A DNA stretch of 64,000 bases from Laetmonice hystrix (lineage: Eukaryota), in NCBI GenBank assembly GCA_965235115.1, contig OZ249438.1, positions 18,724,001 through 18,788,000 on the forward strand, read 5' to 3'. This document shows positions 36,413 through 50,200 of this stretch, piece after piece. Under the pieces are notes generated by a model that had not been told where the DNA came from, did no database searches, and was given only the letters and a program-made list of their open reading frames with translations. Position 1 is the first letter of the stretch. Each line of letters starts with the position of its first letter. A program made the position numbers and the translations under genes.

Positions 36413-39400
36413 TCCCAGCCCCTCAAGCTGCCACGTATTGTTGGTTGTAAGAGGCCTCTAGTGACGGACATCCGAGCCGACATCAGCGTCCTGTGTGGGC
36501 GTTGGGTTCGCCCCGAGCGCCCCTGACAACAATCTAACAACCTGGTCTTGGAGTAATCTGTCCTCATTAATCTTTTATTGCTTCACGAAAGAGACCTAAG
36601 CCGTAATGGTTTATGGTTACGTATCCATAGGTTAAATTGTCAAAATATGTCAGCTAACTCGTTTTTAACTACACATTGACCACAGCTATACGTGGCCCCC
36701 CGTGGGTGGTAGGTAGACTGACGTGCATCATAACCAATGGTCCAAGCACCCCTGGAAAAGTCTACCTGAACTCAAGTCATTGCCTAGTGCTTTAAATTGC
36801 AGTGATGCGCTTAATAGAATCGTCGGAATCATTATTTTCTTTAGGATTTGCGATTTTACTTGATTAGCTTTGAGGTACCAGCACCAATAATCAATTTTGT
36901 AATCCTCGGAAAGATTGCTCCGTATCCCTGGTAACTAACTAAAAAAGTCTGGACCGAGTACATTATACGATCCTTGATTAATCAGTTTCGTTCGCTGTCT
37001 CGCGTAGCTCTGAACGCTTCATAACTGAAATGTACGAAAGAAAATCATTTTGACTCCTGTAATCACTATCTTTAATGAGAATGTAAATATGAGGGACTAT
37101 AGCCAATATAAGATTACATCAATATCTTCTCATTCCTGATAAACAATAAAATCATTAATACTACTCTCAACGTGTTAGAGCATTTGGATAAGTAGTACAG
37201 GGACCACTAGAACAAATATAGAATGAAAATATAGGCCTAGAATGAAAATCGGATCCAAACTATCGAATCACAGATATTGTACATGGCGAACAACCTGGAT
37301 TTGATGGGCATCATGAGATTTGCAGGCAACCTCTAAATTTAGTAATTAGGGAGATGTCTCCCCCCTTCAAAGGGAGGGGGCAACAGAACGCCAATTCAGA
37401 CAATGCGCCTGTGTTAACATGATTGTGATTGGGATTCTTGGACGAAGTTGTAATTTTATCTCTAGCTAAAGACAAAATAAGGGTTCTTAGTCATGAGATA
37501 TCGCTTTCTACTCATTCCGGATCAAGGAAATCCTAACACGTCATGGTTTGGTCCTTCTACCAGGTAGGTCCAACCAGTCGTGCAGGTCCAAAATTCGCTC
37601 TCATCACAACGCGTGTACGAGAGAGGTGGACGTACATTGACAACGCCCTGAGGCACGGTGCCAAGTCGTGCGGCCCTTTCGGCATCAACTATCATTATCA
37701 AAAGAACCTTGGTCTATCATGTTCGTCGCGCCCTCTATGGTATGAACTTGGCACGTGTACCTTGGCCTAATCACGAACGACACATCTGTCTGTCTCCCAC
37801 AGACTGCCGTACTCTGCAGGCGTGTAGGCCTATAGGGAGACGTGCCTGAGGTGAGACAGTCTTTCAGACCGCATGTCGCCGGCCCTCTTCGCTGTTTGAT
37901 CGGAGACTTTCCCTCTTCTCAGGCGACTACCGTGCCTGTACTTTGAACTTTTCTCACCCGGGTGATGTCGCCTCCGTTGAATGCGTTAATTGAATGGTGT
38001 CATGTTTTCTCGACAGGGGCGCGTCAGTCGACCGTCATCCGGAGAGAACCTCCGTTGAGGGGATCCACATGGAAGTGTGGCGGGCGGCCTGTGGACACTA
38101 AACGGCTGAAATGAGTGCCGAGGTTCCGGCACGGTAAGTATACACAAGCCGCTGTCTCATTAAGGTTTACTGCAATTATTAACACAGCGATTGGTATACT
38201 ATACCTACAGGCTGCCCCATGCAGAACATCACTGATATAAATATTATGCCTCTAGATTATTTCATCAGCCTCCGCCCTCTCGCTCATCCCGGGGATGTCT
38301 CCGATCTCGGGTAGACCCTTTCTTTCTTCATAGGGCCTGGGCAGGCCCACCGCCTCCTATCTGTGTCTTAAGGCCACGTGGGCTCCGTCTGAGTCGCCCA
38401 AATGTGATTATCTATTCAAAACACAACCTTCGTATGTCATTAATTATTGACATTAACGGTAATCATGTTAGGCCCAGGTACTCTGTCACTTTGATAAAGA
38501 CGATAATCATATGAAGTTCCCCTTTACACCAATTTGCCCCCTCAATTTAAGCTTCCATGGTGTCCCGCTAGGTTTGTGAAGTTTTGAGAAACCAGCGACA
38601 CTATAGTCGCGACACCTGGTTGCTTGTGTTGGTACTGTACTTGCTCGGCGTGTGAACGATGGCGTCATCCTAGCTCAGAATAGAACATGTGCAAACGTCA
38701 AAAGGGAAAGACTGCAGGACATTCCAAGAACCGGTGTCGTGCCGGAAACAACAGCGCGATCACAACTAGGCATGAGAATGATGACAAAATTATATAGGCC
38801 TTAATGAGCTTATAATCGGACCAGATACTGATTGCCATATAAGCTGGTGTGTTTAAATCTGGAAACGTATGTATTATATACAAAATATGTACAATAAATA
38901 CTGACAGTTTGATGGAGTCGTCAATTTGGATTGATTAAATGTCAAAATATCTGTTGCCTGCAAATTTCAATAACTATGTGGAGTCTAATAAAAGATAGAT
39001 TTTAAAACGCTTTGATATAAAGGATGCTATTAGCTAGTGATTGATGAGTCCGCATGATTTGAAAGGGAGCAGTTTCCTCCCTTTTAGCAAGTCTAGGATA
39101 CAAATATGGCGGCAACATTATTTCTGAAGAAACACGCCACAGATTGCTATAGAAATTTATGTCCCAGTCGAATGTTCTAAAAGGAAAAATAACAAGGAAA
39201 ATTTGTAGTAACAAAAACCGAGAGAGGTAGCCAGTTCCATGTGTTATAGATGGCGTCCGAAAGTGGTTCCGAAGCCATCGATTAATTGGGAGATTTAGTG
39301 AATTTTCCTTGTAATTTAATATTCTAGTTCTGGTAGGCCTAATTATGTGAGTAATAGTGTTTATTTCATGTTTTTTTTTCAAGTTTAGGTTTGACGCCCT

Positions 39401-39783
39401 TGCCCATTTTGCATGCCCCCTCCCACGGTATACATCCCATTTTCCCAATAGCACAAACATTGAAACGGGAAAATAACTTGAGATGAGATGCGCTCGTCAG
39501 GTCCTATTGTTCGGCAATAAATGTCGACGTGCTGTCGGTGGGGTAAATATGATTCTATAGGTGTTCTATTGTGTTGTCATTGCCTTGGGACAACACGCGA
39601 CTTGTTTCAGAACACAACTACACGAGCGGTCGGAAATCACGTTACGTTATGATACATGTATTGATTGTAGGCATATTGGCAGTCTTAAAATAGTAGCTCG
39701 TCACTTACATCTGGTCTTTTCCCCCTCTTGGTTGTCTGGCATTTCACTCTAACAATAACTGCTTTGATCATTTGAAATATCGA

Positions 39784-40050
39784 TCATTGGAACCGCAGAC
39801 ATAACCCCTTCATCAACACAACTTGCAATGTTTCAGTCATTGGAACCGCAGATATAACCCCTTCATCAACACAACTTGCAATGTTTCAATTATTGGAACC
39901 GCAGACATAACCCCTTCATCAACACAACTTGCAATGTTTCAATTATTGGAACCACAGACATAACCCCTTCATCAACACAACTTGCAATGTTTCAATCATT
40001 GGAACCGCAGACATAACCCCTTCATCAACACAACTTGCAATGTTTCAATC
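39784..40050. repeat. Minisatellite, 53-bp unit x ~5
   Basis: Unit ATTGGAACCGCAGACATAACCCCTTCATCAACACAACTTGCAATGTTTCAAT(T/C). Confidence 0.93.
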
Positions 40051-43000
40051 AATTTTACATCCGGCTAAAGTTTATAGTAATTTAGTGTGTCTTCGGCTGC
40101 CCCTGTTGTCATATATACCTGTCTACTTACCGATTGGTAGGGGTGTGAACATACAGAGGCGAGGCACGGGAATGAAGCAGCTTGCTTGGGGTCATTCATT
40201 GACTAAATTCGGTACGGTAAAATTTACGCCCACAGATCTCCTGCTTGTGAGTGTTGAGGTACGTGTTTGCACGGGGTGTGAATGCATTAAGTATGTGCCG
40301 TGCAGTTCTTCAGGATATAGCTTTATGCATAAAGAAACGAATTCAGTGATATACCGCATGTATATGCACATGTATCTGTATATGGTGTAGGCCCATAAAG
40401 ACTAATGAAATAATGTAGATCGCATGTAGACAAATAATAATATTAGGCATTTGAAACACCCGGCGGTGATAGACTATAGGCCTTAGTAAGGATGGATTGG
40501 TGCGATAGTGGCCCTGCAGCAGGTCAGTGTATGAGAATAACGCCTTTAAGGGATTAATATCTTGTGTGGTCTCAGGGAGTAAACGAACCTCTCAGGAAGC
40601 CGGCGGGGGTGTAGACGGCTATTATGCTGTAAAGCTATAGATCCGGGAACGATGAGGTCTTTCTGGGAAGGTAACACAAAGACATTAATGGTCCCGGCAG
40701 GCCATCAAGGTTTCAAGTAGACAGGGCCGGGCTCAACTCTGCAATATCCATACATTTCCAATTTAGTCATAATGTGAAGCTATACACCGGCCTGCGACAC
40801 AGGCCCAACCATTGAGCGGAGCCGGGTGACCGTGTTAACGGGCTTCCTACTTCTCCAGGCTTTCTTGTTATTAGGTCATCGTAATAAACATATGGATAAA
40901 GATAAAGAAAGGTGAGATAGGTGATAATTGATGTATAGCAGAAAAACGCCTGAAAATATCCGGCTATATACGGTGAAACCGTCAAACCCTATCATTTTTA
41001 ATCTAAGAGCACCATTTTAATATTATCGGGTCTTTACAGTACGATTCCGAAAAGGTCGTTCATTACGAGCTGATGGCCCTTTTTAAATGAGTTATCGGAT
41101 TATTTACAAGAACATAAGTCTCAGTGATGATGATAATAAATAAATAGAGCCAACAATAATTTTATTATCCGTACAAATATCTTCATCACGCACTGCATAA
41201 ACAAAAATATATCTAGCAACTTTAACATTAGTTACAACGAGATAGCTACCAGCCATGCATGATGCAAAGTCTATACCAGGTATGACCACCTTGTGGAGAA
41301 TCCAGGTAGAATCTTGTCATTATCGGCTGTCGGTATCCGGAAATGACCGAGGGAGTGGTGGGTTGGGTATTGATGGGGTTCATAATGCCCAGTACCACGG
41401 TACTAAAACATGTTTCTCGTCCCAACATTCACAGCAGTGCCTGCAGGTCAGGCCAACCTCGTCCTGGGAATATTCTTTATGACAGAGTGACAACATCAAG
41501 AAGCTTTACGTGGTGCATAATATTTATTAAGATATTCCAGGAATGTAAACGTTTTAAACAGCTTTCGCCATTAGGAATCATTATTTCATTATAATCATAA
41601 TGCCGAGAAGGACGGAAGATTACTACATGTATAAATCACTCCATGCCAGAGCTAGTGAACAGACGCCACCTGCACTCCAAGTGCAGACTAAGTAGGCAGC
41701 ATTGAATTATACATTATTTTTTCGTACGTTCACAGCCATATGACTAAACATTATATGTGTATAGTATAGGTATACATTTTCTGATTGTATTGTTGGACAC
41801 CGTTATGAGGTTACAAAACAATTTCCGCGAATCATATAATTTAACAGAGAAAATCATGGCAATGCTGAATAAATAATTTAAAACAAAATGGAAATATGAT
41901 TGTAGAAAGAATAACGATTAGATCTATACACGGTTTATGTAGATAGAATTTGTGAAGGAGGTTCATGACAATACAAGGTTGGAACGGGAAGACGGTGGCT
42001 GATGGATATCGATCGGTAATTAATGACTGGTACAGTGAATTATCATTAACTAGATCGGATAAGAATGCAATGAATAGAATTCCCTCTTGCGAAGGGCTGG
42101 GCCGCTTACAGGAAGTTCATTACAAAGATTGAAAGCGTTTTCTGGCCAGGTAATATTAGACAGTTATGTTGCTCGAAGACAATGATGTCCATTTTAGGGT
42201 TGGTTTCCGGACAAGTATAGCTCTCAATGTGGCCAACTACAATGTTTACCTATAGTGGGACCGAAACGGAAACCACCTGGGGGCCCGGCACAGGAACTAA
42301 CAGGTTGGAGGGAGGTATAGGATAACTCGATCTGCTGTCGCTGATTCTGAGTGTGGGTGTGTGTCGGCGAGTGTGCCCGTCATCTCACAGTGTGACGGCG
42401 GGCGAGGGAGAGGCTGGTGGCGGCACGGCGCTCCCGTCACAGCCTGAATCAAATCGACATTCTCACATACTACTCACATTGGTCGACTGGATTACACGGC
42501 CGGGCCATACATGGCGGGCCACGACAATTAGTCCTCAAATGAGCGCTCTCTGCCACCAAGGACATAAGCATGGATGTCAAGAGGGTAGAGCGCAAGAGGT
42601 AGGTAATTAATCCAATTAACGCCGTAACACAAGAATTTCCTGGTCCTCCCTCTGGGCGATATTTGTATATTCTTCCACTATAGGTCTTTCTAATTAATAA
42701 TTTGTAAGCGAGCAATATTTAATTCCAACGGACATAATTTATATCATGAAAGGTAAACCATCAAAGAAGATGGGGTAGTAGGCGTGACTCCCATGTCGAA
42801 AGTCAACAGTGGGACTCCTCACGTCTGAGCTTGCTCTGGTCGGCAGACACACTCGGGATGCCAAGTCAGCGTCTGAGGAGGCCACCCGGATGTGAACTAT
42901 GCGTGTCGACAGACTTTAAACGGTTCTAACTGCAGCTCGCCTTTGTCTTACATCCGGCCACGTCCGATGCAGTACACACATATGTGTTCGTATCATTATG

Positions 43001-43086
43001 GACGATTTGTCATAAAGTCAAGGGGGCAAAGTTCCGGGAGTCTGTGTGAATCTAATGGTCGGTTTGAACAGGAGGGGGTTGTCGGG

Positions 43087-43117
<31 letters not shown>

Positions 43118-44351
43118 GGCGGGGATTCTGTCGATGTCAAGACTGTGTGTGTGTGTGTGGGGGGGGGGGGGGGGTTCTGTCGATGTCAAGACTTGCTCTG
43201 GCTGAAGTTTGACTCCGATAGGTGGAGCCTGAACTGATACAACTTATTGTCTCGACCCTTCCTTGGATCAGACCATGAAATGATGGATAATGTTACTTTC
43301 TGTGCCCGAGACGCAATATTGGATCAAAATGGCGATAATAATATTATTATATAACAGACCGGTAGTAAGTGTAGGTTATTAATGTTACGTTTTGTGATAT
43401 AGGGATAACGACATCATTGGTATTACATGCTACTGGTTCGAACAGTTATGCTGCAAAGGTAAAACCTGTAGCAGTGAGGACGCAAAGTCATGAAAGAAAG
43501 TTCATTATTTGACGTCTGAACGAAGTGGAGCCAGTCCGCACTAGATGTCCCACTAATGGCACTCAGCCCCAAGATATCCTGTCTGGCCATAGACATGGAT
43601 ACCGAACTGAGCGACACCCACGGGGTGTTAATGCAAACCACTCATTTTGTCCATAACAAACGGTCACAGGTAGTTATAGATGTGTAGATAAATCAAATGT
43701 ATAATTTATGAAAGTAAACAGTTCTTACCATGCAGCCGACATTGTCACTCCGCCGCATTGATCGTCTACATCCGGCACCACATCCCCTCTGCCTGGAGCC
43801 CGGTTTATAAACGTGGACAACGTGACTGTTTCTATGCAACAGATGACGTGGTTCACTGTACAGTCTATCACAAATACAACATCACCATCCAGGTCGGAGC
43901 TAATGAGGCTAAAAGGTTCGTAACCAGATTCCTAGTGGTGAAAAATATCTAGAGGGTGTCTTGCTCATTAAGTGCTCCATGGCGTTGGCATCGGGAGCTA
44001 ATACACCTCAACAAAAGTAAGTTCCCCCTAAATAATTGGTATATTTTCCGAAGTATCCACCACAATAAGATGTTAATTGCAGGATATGACCCCTATGGTC
44101 ATAGGACAATGTATATGAAAAGGACAAGGCCATACCTATTGTTACGCATGAATGAACCTCAATTACATGAAAAATGACGCGTTTCAAAAATAACAAGATG
44201 GTTCACCAAGGCTTCAACAGTGAATTACAATGGTAGTGTGGGTCATGCACTACACCCGAGTATACTGAACGATGCCACGATTGTTCTTTCCCCACATTGT
44301 ACCTATGACCACGAGGTCATTATCAGATCATGCAATTAACACCGCATTGTG

Positions 44352-45110
44352 CTGGGTCACAATGACGGATCTGAAATCTTTCCTCCCACTATCAGGTTGC
44401 CCATTACTGGTCACAATGACGGATCTGAAATCTTTCCTCCCACTATCAGGTTGCCCATTACTGGTCACAATGACGGATCTGAAATCTTTCCTCCCACTAT
44501 CAGGTTGCCCATTACTGGTCACAATGACGGATCTGAAATCTTTCCCCCCACTATCCGGTTGCCCATTACTGGTCACAATGACGGATCTGAAATCTTTCCT
44601 CCCACTATAAGGTTGCCCATTACTGGTCACAGTGACGGATCTGAAATCTTTCCCCCCACTATCCGGTTGCCCATTACTGGTCACAATGACGGATCTGAAA
44701 TCTTTCCTCCCACTATCAGGTTGCCCATTACTGGTCACAGTGACGGATCTGAAATCTTTCCTCACACTATCCGGTTGCCCATTACTGGTCACAGTGACGG
44801 ATCTGAAATCTTTCCCCCCACTATCCGGTTGCCCATTACTGGTCACAATGACGGATCTGAAATCTTTCCTCCCACTATCAGGTTGCCCATTACTGGTCAC
44901 AATGACGGATCTGAAATCTTTCCTCCCACTATCCGGTTGCCCATTACTGGTCACAATGACGGATCTGAAATCTTTCCTCCCACTATCAGGTTGCCCATTA
45001 CTGGTCACAATGACGGATCTGAAATCTTTCCTCCCACTAGCCGGTTGCCCATTACTGGTCACAGTGACGGATCTGAAATCTTTCCTCCCACTATCCGCTT
45101 GCCCATTACT
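44352..45110. repeat. Minisatellite, 54-bp unit x 14 (stop-free in several frames on both strands)
   Basis: Unit CTGGTCACAATGACGGATCTGAAATCTTTCCTCCCACTATCAGGTTGCCCATTA. Confidence 0.97.
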
Positions 45111-45140
45111 TGTTTCCGGAACTTCACATTCAGATTTTAC

Positions 45141-45459
45141 CGCAGGAGGATAATTTGTTCATTAAAAGAAATCCCGGGGGAACTCGATTTACGATATTTC
45201 CCCCGGGAACTGGTTTGATGTGGCCACCGCCACGCCACCCGACGCCACAGGCCCGTACGGTGGATTTTTCAAAGGGGGTTTGGGGGCCTAGTTCCTGGCA
45301 CCTGCAGATAGGCTATATGTAGAGAATAGACATGAAGAACAACTTTGCTTATTTTTACGAATCCCCCGCCCCCTCCCGTGTACGGGGCTCCAGGTGGACA
45401 CAGTGACCACATCAGGCCAGTCCTCGCGGGGAATGCCGTAAGCAAATTATCCTCCTGCG
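45141..45459. mobile_element. MITE-like element with nested inverted repeats
   Basis: Perfect 17-bp TIR CGCAGGAGGATAATTTG / CAAATTATCCTCCTGCG plus an inner imperfect pair (~45202 and ~45403). Confidence 0.65.
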
Positions 45460-45999
45460 ATTTGCCCAACTGCTCCGCTGTGGCCATCCTCCCACTCGGG
45501 GTTGAACCGCTTCCAGTGATCCCCCCCCCCTCACGACAGCCCGCCTATTGGCACCAGAGAGTACTTCGCAGCGTCATCTGCTTACGACCTAATAATTCTC
45601 CGTGTTTTTAGACACGGATCAATCAGATTACAGCACTGTCTGAGGCGCGATTGATAAAAATTAGCTTGCATTTCTGGTTAGCCAATAGGATCATCCCGAG
45701 CGTTATTGTGGTCGAAGCAAGATGGCGAAGCCAACGATGGCAGCAGCGGGTAGGCATTAAATCCTGACAGTGGGAGGAACAACTCTGAGTTGACAGGGCT
45801 TCAAGAACACAAACTAACTATAATCCTATTCCGACCCTTAGCCGTTAGGCGTTAACCCACTGGCACGGCAGAGGCCGAGACCGACAGCTAGCGCCTGCGA
45901 CACCGGGCCGAGCAGGCCGGTGTTCGGCTGCCAGCTGAAGCGAAGTGACGATGCTGAAATCAGGGAGATAAAAATTGGAATTTCGCATAAAAAGTTAGA

Positions 46000-47250
46000 G
46001 TGCTACAAACTGTATTGTCAGGGAGGGACGCATTTGTGTATCAGCGAACTGGGCAAGGCAAAAGCATATAATATGCTATCGGGCATTTTCGCGAGAAAGC
46101 CTGAAGGGAAGACCGTTAATGTTAGTGGCGAGTCTATGACGCCGATGCCAGGTCCTATTAATATTCATGAAGTTGACCTCACGGTCAACCTCCGGCAGTT
46201 TACCCTGGGCCGAGCTTAAGGGTAGAATGCAGGATGCGCGAGGCCCCTTGACAAATCAAGATGCTCGGTGGCCGGTGTACCATGTGGACGCGTGGCCTTG
46301 CTCCGACAATGGGCGCGATGTCTGAGCTGTCCAAGACTAAACTCCAATCAAAGTAAGAAAAGGTGCCTGGGAATTCTATAAGCTCTGCTTAATGTTAAAG
46401 CTGAATTGTTAATTTACAAATACTATATTGAATGGCCGCAATGAACGGAAGAACTTTGTGATAGATGAGAACAAAATCTACCTGTATTATGACATTGTAT
46501 TCGCCTCAGAGAAGGCGCTTGTTTATGTGTGAAAGTAGTATTCAGATAACTGCCCTGCTGTTGGTTGATTATCACACAGTACCAGCCAAGCGTTCCTTCA
46601 ACCAACTCTTTATGATGGTACTATTGTTAAATGATAATATTTTACAACTCTCGCCGGTAACTTCTACTGTTTGTTTGGTTGTTGTTGTTTTTTCATTCTA
46701 ACATGGGTAAAGGGGTATTTCAAATGCCTATAATTGAGTGCTAGTACGTTGACTTTATAATCAAATCATTTTACATATGATTCAAGGAGAGTAGAGGAAT
46801 ATAAGGTAATTTCATGTACCCCTGTCCGAGTTTGTGTATTTAGCCTAAATAATGTGGCTGTACGTGGGGGAAACGGAAGGAATGAACAAGGTGTTGGCCA
46901 GGGCGTCGGGAAGTGTTCAAGAAACAACTTTGATTTTCTTTGATAGACAAAAGAATCAATTCAGAGGTGCAGATGAAAACCCGGCTCTTTTTATGGTGTT
47001 ATATATTTCAATATCACCAGTCATTGTCGGGAGCTCGATAGAATAAATTTGAACTCAATGCGATGCAGGGCAATGAAAGAACTCAGCAACGATCGGAAAA
47101 CGCTGATTGGGTACCGCACTCCATCAGCCCTGTGGCCGTACCTTCTTTGACAGCTCATAATGAACTGGACTGACATTTTTGCCGGCAATATTCCACTCGA
47201 AGGCCTGTGTGTGTTAAGGAGTAACTAGTCGCGCTCTGGACGAGTCTGCC
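46000..47250 (+). pseudogene. Decayed RecQ-type SF2 helicase ORF, probably a relic of a helicase-encoding DNA transposon
   Basis: 46003-46074 reads LQTVLSGRDAFVYQRTGQGKSI*Y (RecQ motif I consensus AI..IL.GRDVFV..PTG.GKSLCY); motif Ia-like LVASL*RRCQV (~46122-46154); weaker motif II-like VD..C/QW (46284-46315) and motif VI-like traces (~47216-47246); stops and frameshifts throughout. Confidence 0.6.
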
Positions 47251-50200
47251 CGGGAGATGACGTGCGAATCAAATTGCCATCTGCAAATCTTTAAAGGATG
47301 CCGAGCTCCATGTTGAAACTCGGCCGGACGCAGCTCGCGTGTAAAATGCTGGTGCCAAGAGTAGGGGGCCGGCCAGCGCTTGCCGCTTGTTCCTGCCACA
47401 GTCGCTCATTTTTATGTGCTTCTAAATATAGTTCCTGCATCGAGGTGTTCATCGCATTGGCGTCTCGTCATTTTCGGTAAATCAGCAATGTCTACGTGGT
47501 GGTGATCGGCTGCGTGGCAGTTTGATCTAGTTATAGCCCTGGCTCCGTTCCGTTTGATGATACCAACAACTTCAGCTTCTTTGATGCGACATTTTAGTAA
47601 TGACCTATTTTCGTCCTATGTCACCGATTGGTAGGTAGTGGGGCCTGATCTATGGCGTTTCCGAAGATATTGTGGCAGTTTAACCGCTCTCGGCAATCAA
47701 TCATGGGCAGAGGATCAATGACGAGTCGCAAAAATGAATGTGATTGGCCACACGAGACCTTATAAAGGCATGCAACTGGCTATTGTGTTTCTGCAAGCGG
47801 TCGACGGTTGCACGGTGCCGAATTACTCCGAGCAGATTCAGTCGGTGTAGGCTACTCGTTGACGTGACGTATGGGTCTTGGCGGGTAGGTCAAGGTCGTT
47901 TCCTGTCTCATTCTCACTGACCGATCGAGAAGGTGAACAGATTCAGACTTTCGATTGACATGTCCATGGAGTTGCATGCTTGTCAACCTTCCTCCCGGCG
48001 TACACGCACCGACTGGTTGTTAGTCTGGAGTTGGTTCAAACGGCATACACGCGTTGACTAGGCTATTAATCGGGGATAGTCGACCGACTAAACGGACTTG
48101 GTTACGACTCTGCGCTTTTTCCCCGAAGACCAAACGCTCTTAAATTAAGATCAATACGTCAAGCAGGAGACAAGTCTATTCGCTGTCCCTTTCCGACACA
48201 GCTGCGTACTGTATAATAGACTCACAGCCCTGCAGACGAGCCGAGTAATCGCCAGCCTTTCATGATGTCGCATGGCAGATCGCAGGTTATTGCAGCTTCC
48301 ATAATGTCGACGCCATGCGGCATATGTCAGAGACAGCCTTTCTCTCACGGGGAAGGGGGGGGGGGCTAAGGAGTTTTAATAATTGGCTCAAGAACGGAAT
48401 TACCTGCAGAATATTTTATGCAGACTATGCTTTTGGTGTGAATGTAGGCTATTATAGGACCTAAGTTAGGCCTATTCATCGACGTTCAGTCGACAGACTG
48501 TACGGCCCATGAGAAACTCAAGGAACATATTATAGGTAGCCTATATACTGGCAGAAGATAAACAATTAGGCCTCTACTTAAAGGAAGTTGACCTCATCTA
48601 AAATGTCAGCCCGCGAGCTGCCATAATTATTAGGTATGTAACACGTCATAATTTTGTATGCTAGAGACATGCACTGCTGTTCCTGCCCCTGGCGTGCGTT
48701 CCTCCTCCCACGCACAGACACAGATTATCGTCACTTCCGTAGGCCTACTTAGCATGAGGAGTGTGCGAGGCGCGCGCTAATTGCCGCGTACACCTGGCAT
48801 GTCACACTTACCGCCCATGTTGTGGTGACCGTGGGGTATAGTGGTTTTCGTTGTCATCTCCTACAGCTGAACAAACCTTCTCCCACAAACTTACACCATG
48901 CGCTGATCGCGTTCATGATGCAATAACTGTCCTTCCTGTTAAAGCAGTCCTTAAATGAATACGATAGTATCTTATTATCGAGTCTATACAAACCCCTATC
49001 GAACTTGGGGGAGGGGCGAGCAAAGGGTTTCTATAGTTTCAAGTCGGTTAACATTTTTGCCTGATTCTAATTTCTGCCAACTGCAGGGCGAGGGCACCCA
49101 AACGCCTTCCTCTACTTTATTAGGCCTAATATAAGCTTTAGGTGGAAGCAATATCCGTATGGAGGCATGGTTGCCTTAATTATAATGTTCGCTTAATCAT
49201 GCATAGCAGATAGGGTTTTATGTACGCAAGCAGAAGTACAATGTATTTGTACCCAATTAAATATGTATTTGCTCATCAAAATGGTGACATATTTTTATGC
49301 TATAATCATCACGCCAATAAAGTATTCTCATAAGGAACGGACTAGCTGTTGAAGGTTATCCTAAGCGCGGTCCCCTCCCCGTCTTGCCGATCTCGTCTCC
49401 TGGGGCAATATTCCGTGACTGGGCGCCGAAGAATAGCTCAAGGTCAAACCATACACGGTCGGTGGCAAATCACTGTAGGATTGACTTTGGTTGTCACTGA
49501 TGGACCCATACACTATAGCTGTACTAGCCAAAAGAGTTGCTTTATACCAGCCGCGGGGGAGAAAATGGTTTTCGCCGACTTTCACGTCAGCGCTACCGTG
49601 GCTTAGGTCAAGGCAGCCCTTGGTGGATCTAGCAGTGACATCGATCAGGTGCTGCTGCGGTGATCAGACGCCGCGTCACAAACTTGTCTGGCTGGCACGA
49701 CATGCAGGGTCGACTACAGCGAGGTTCAGGCGGTTTCTCTGGGAGTACGCATATGACGTTTACGCCTTGAAAGCTCGGTTCTGGCGGTATAGGAGGTGTG
49801 GTCGGTTTAAGACAACCCCTGCCGTGAGCCTGCCCATGTTGTGGCGGCAGGAACTGACAACGAGGGTTGACGCGGAATGTCGGTCAAACGTAGTGTTTCC
49901 TTTCCAGGAGGTCTGTACATGAACCGGAGACGCGCACCCCACCATCTCTCCTGGATGAGGCGCTTTCGTCAAAGCTTCAGGTCATATATCATTTTCTTCT
50001 CGTGTGTATGTACTAGAGCTCACATACGTCGGTATAGATTAGGTAGAGAACCGTAGAGAGTCTATAGCGAGTTGCTTGTAGGTCGACTTCACGGTTTGCG
50101 CGGGTGGAATTATCATTTAACGGACGATAAACCGGTGCGAGGTGCGGATTTTTGTCTGTGGTTCGTTCCGAGCAAGCACACTGTTATTTCCCGATGGATC

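Noticed and set aside
39002-39460. 152-aa - strand ORF
   Set aside because: AT-rich, TTG start, no domain motif, no convincing splice context.
41343-41594. VGWVLMGFIMP resembling K2P M3 (possible third paralog)
   Set aside because: Opposite strand, no pore signature (TIGYG/TIGFG) anywhere else in the window.
44272-45218. Long ORFs of 289, 244, 173 and 112 aa on both strands
   Set aside because: All come from a 54-bp (18-codon) stop-poor tandem unit; overlapping ORFs on both strands and no unique domain indicate a repeat artefact.
49349-49972. GC-rich block with several overlapping ORFs (up to 143 aa)
   Set aside because: No RT, integrase, recombinase or other motif recognisable in any frame examined; possibly a decayed element but not classifiable by eye.
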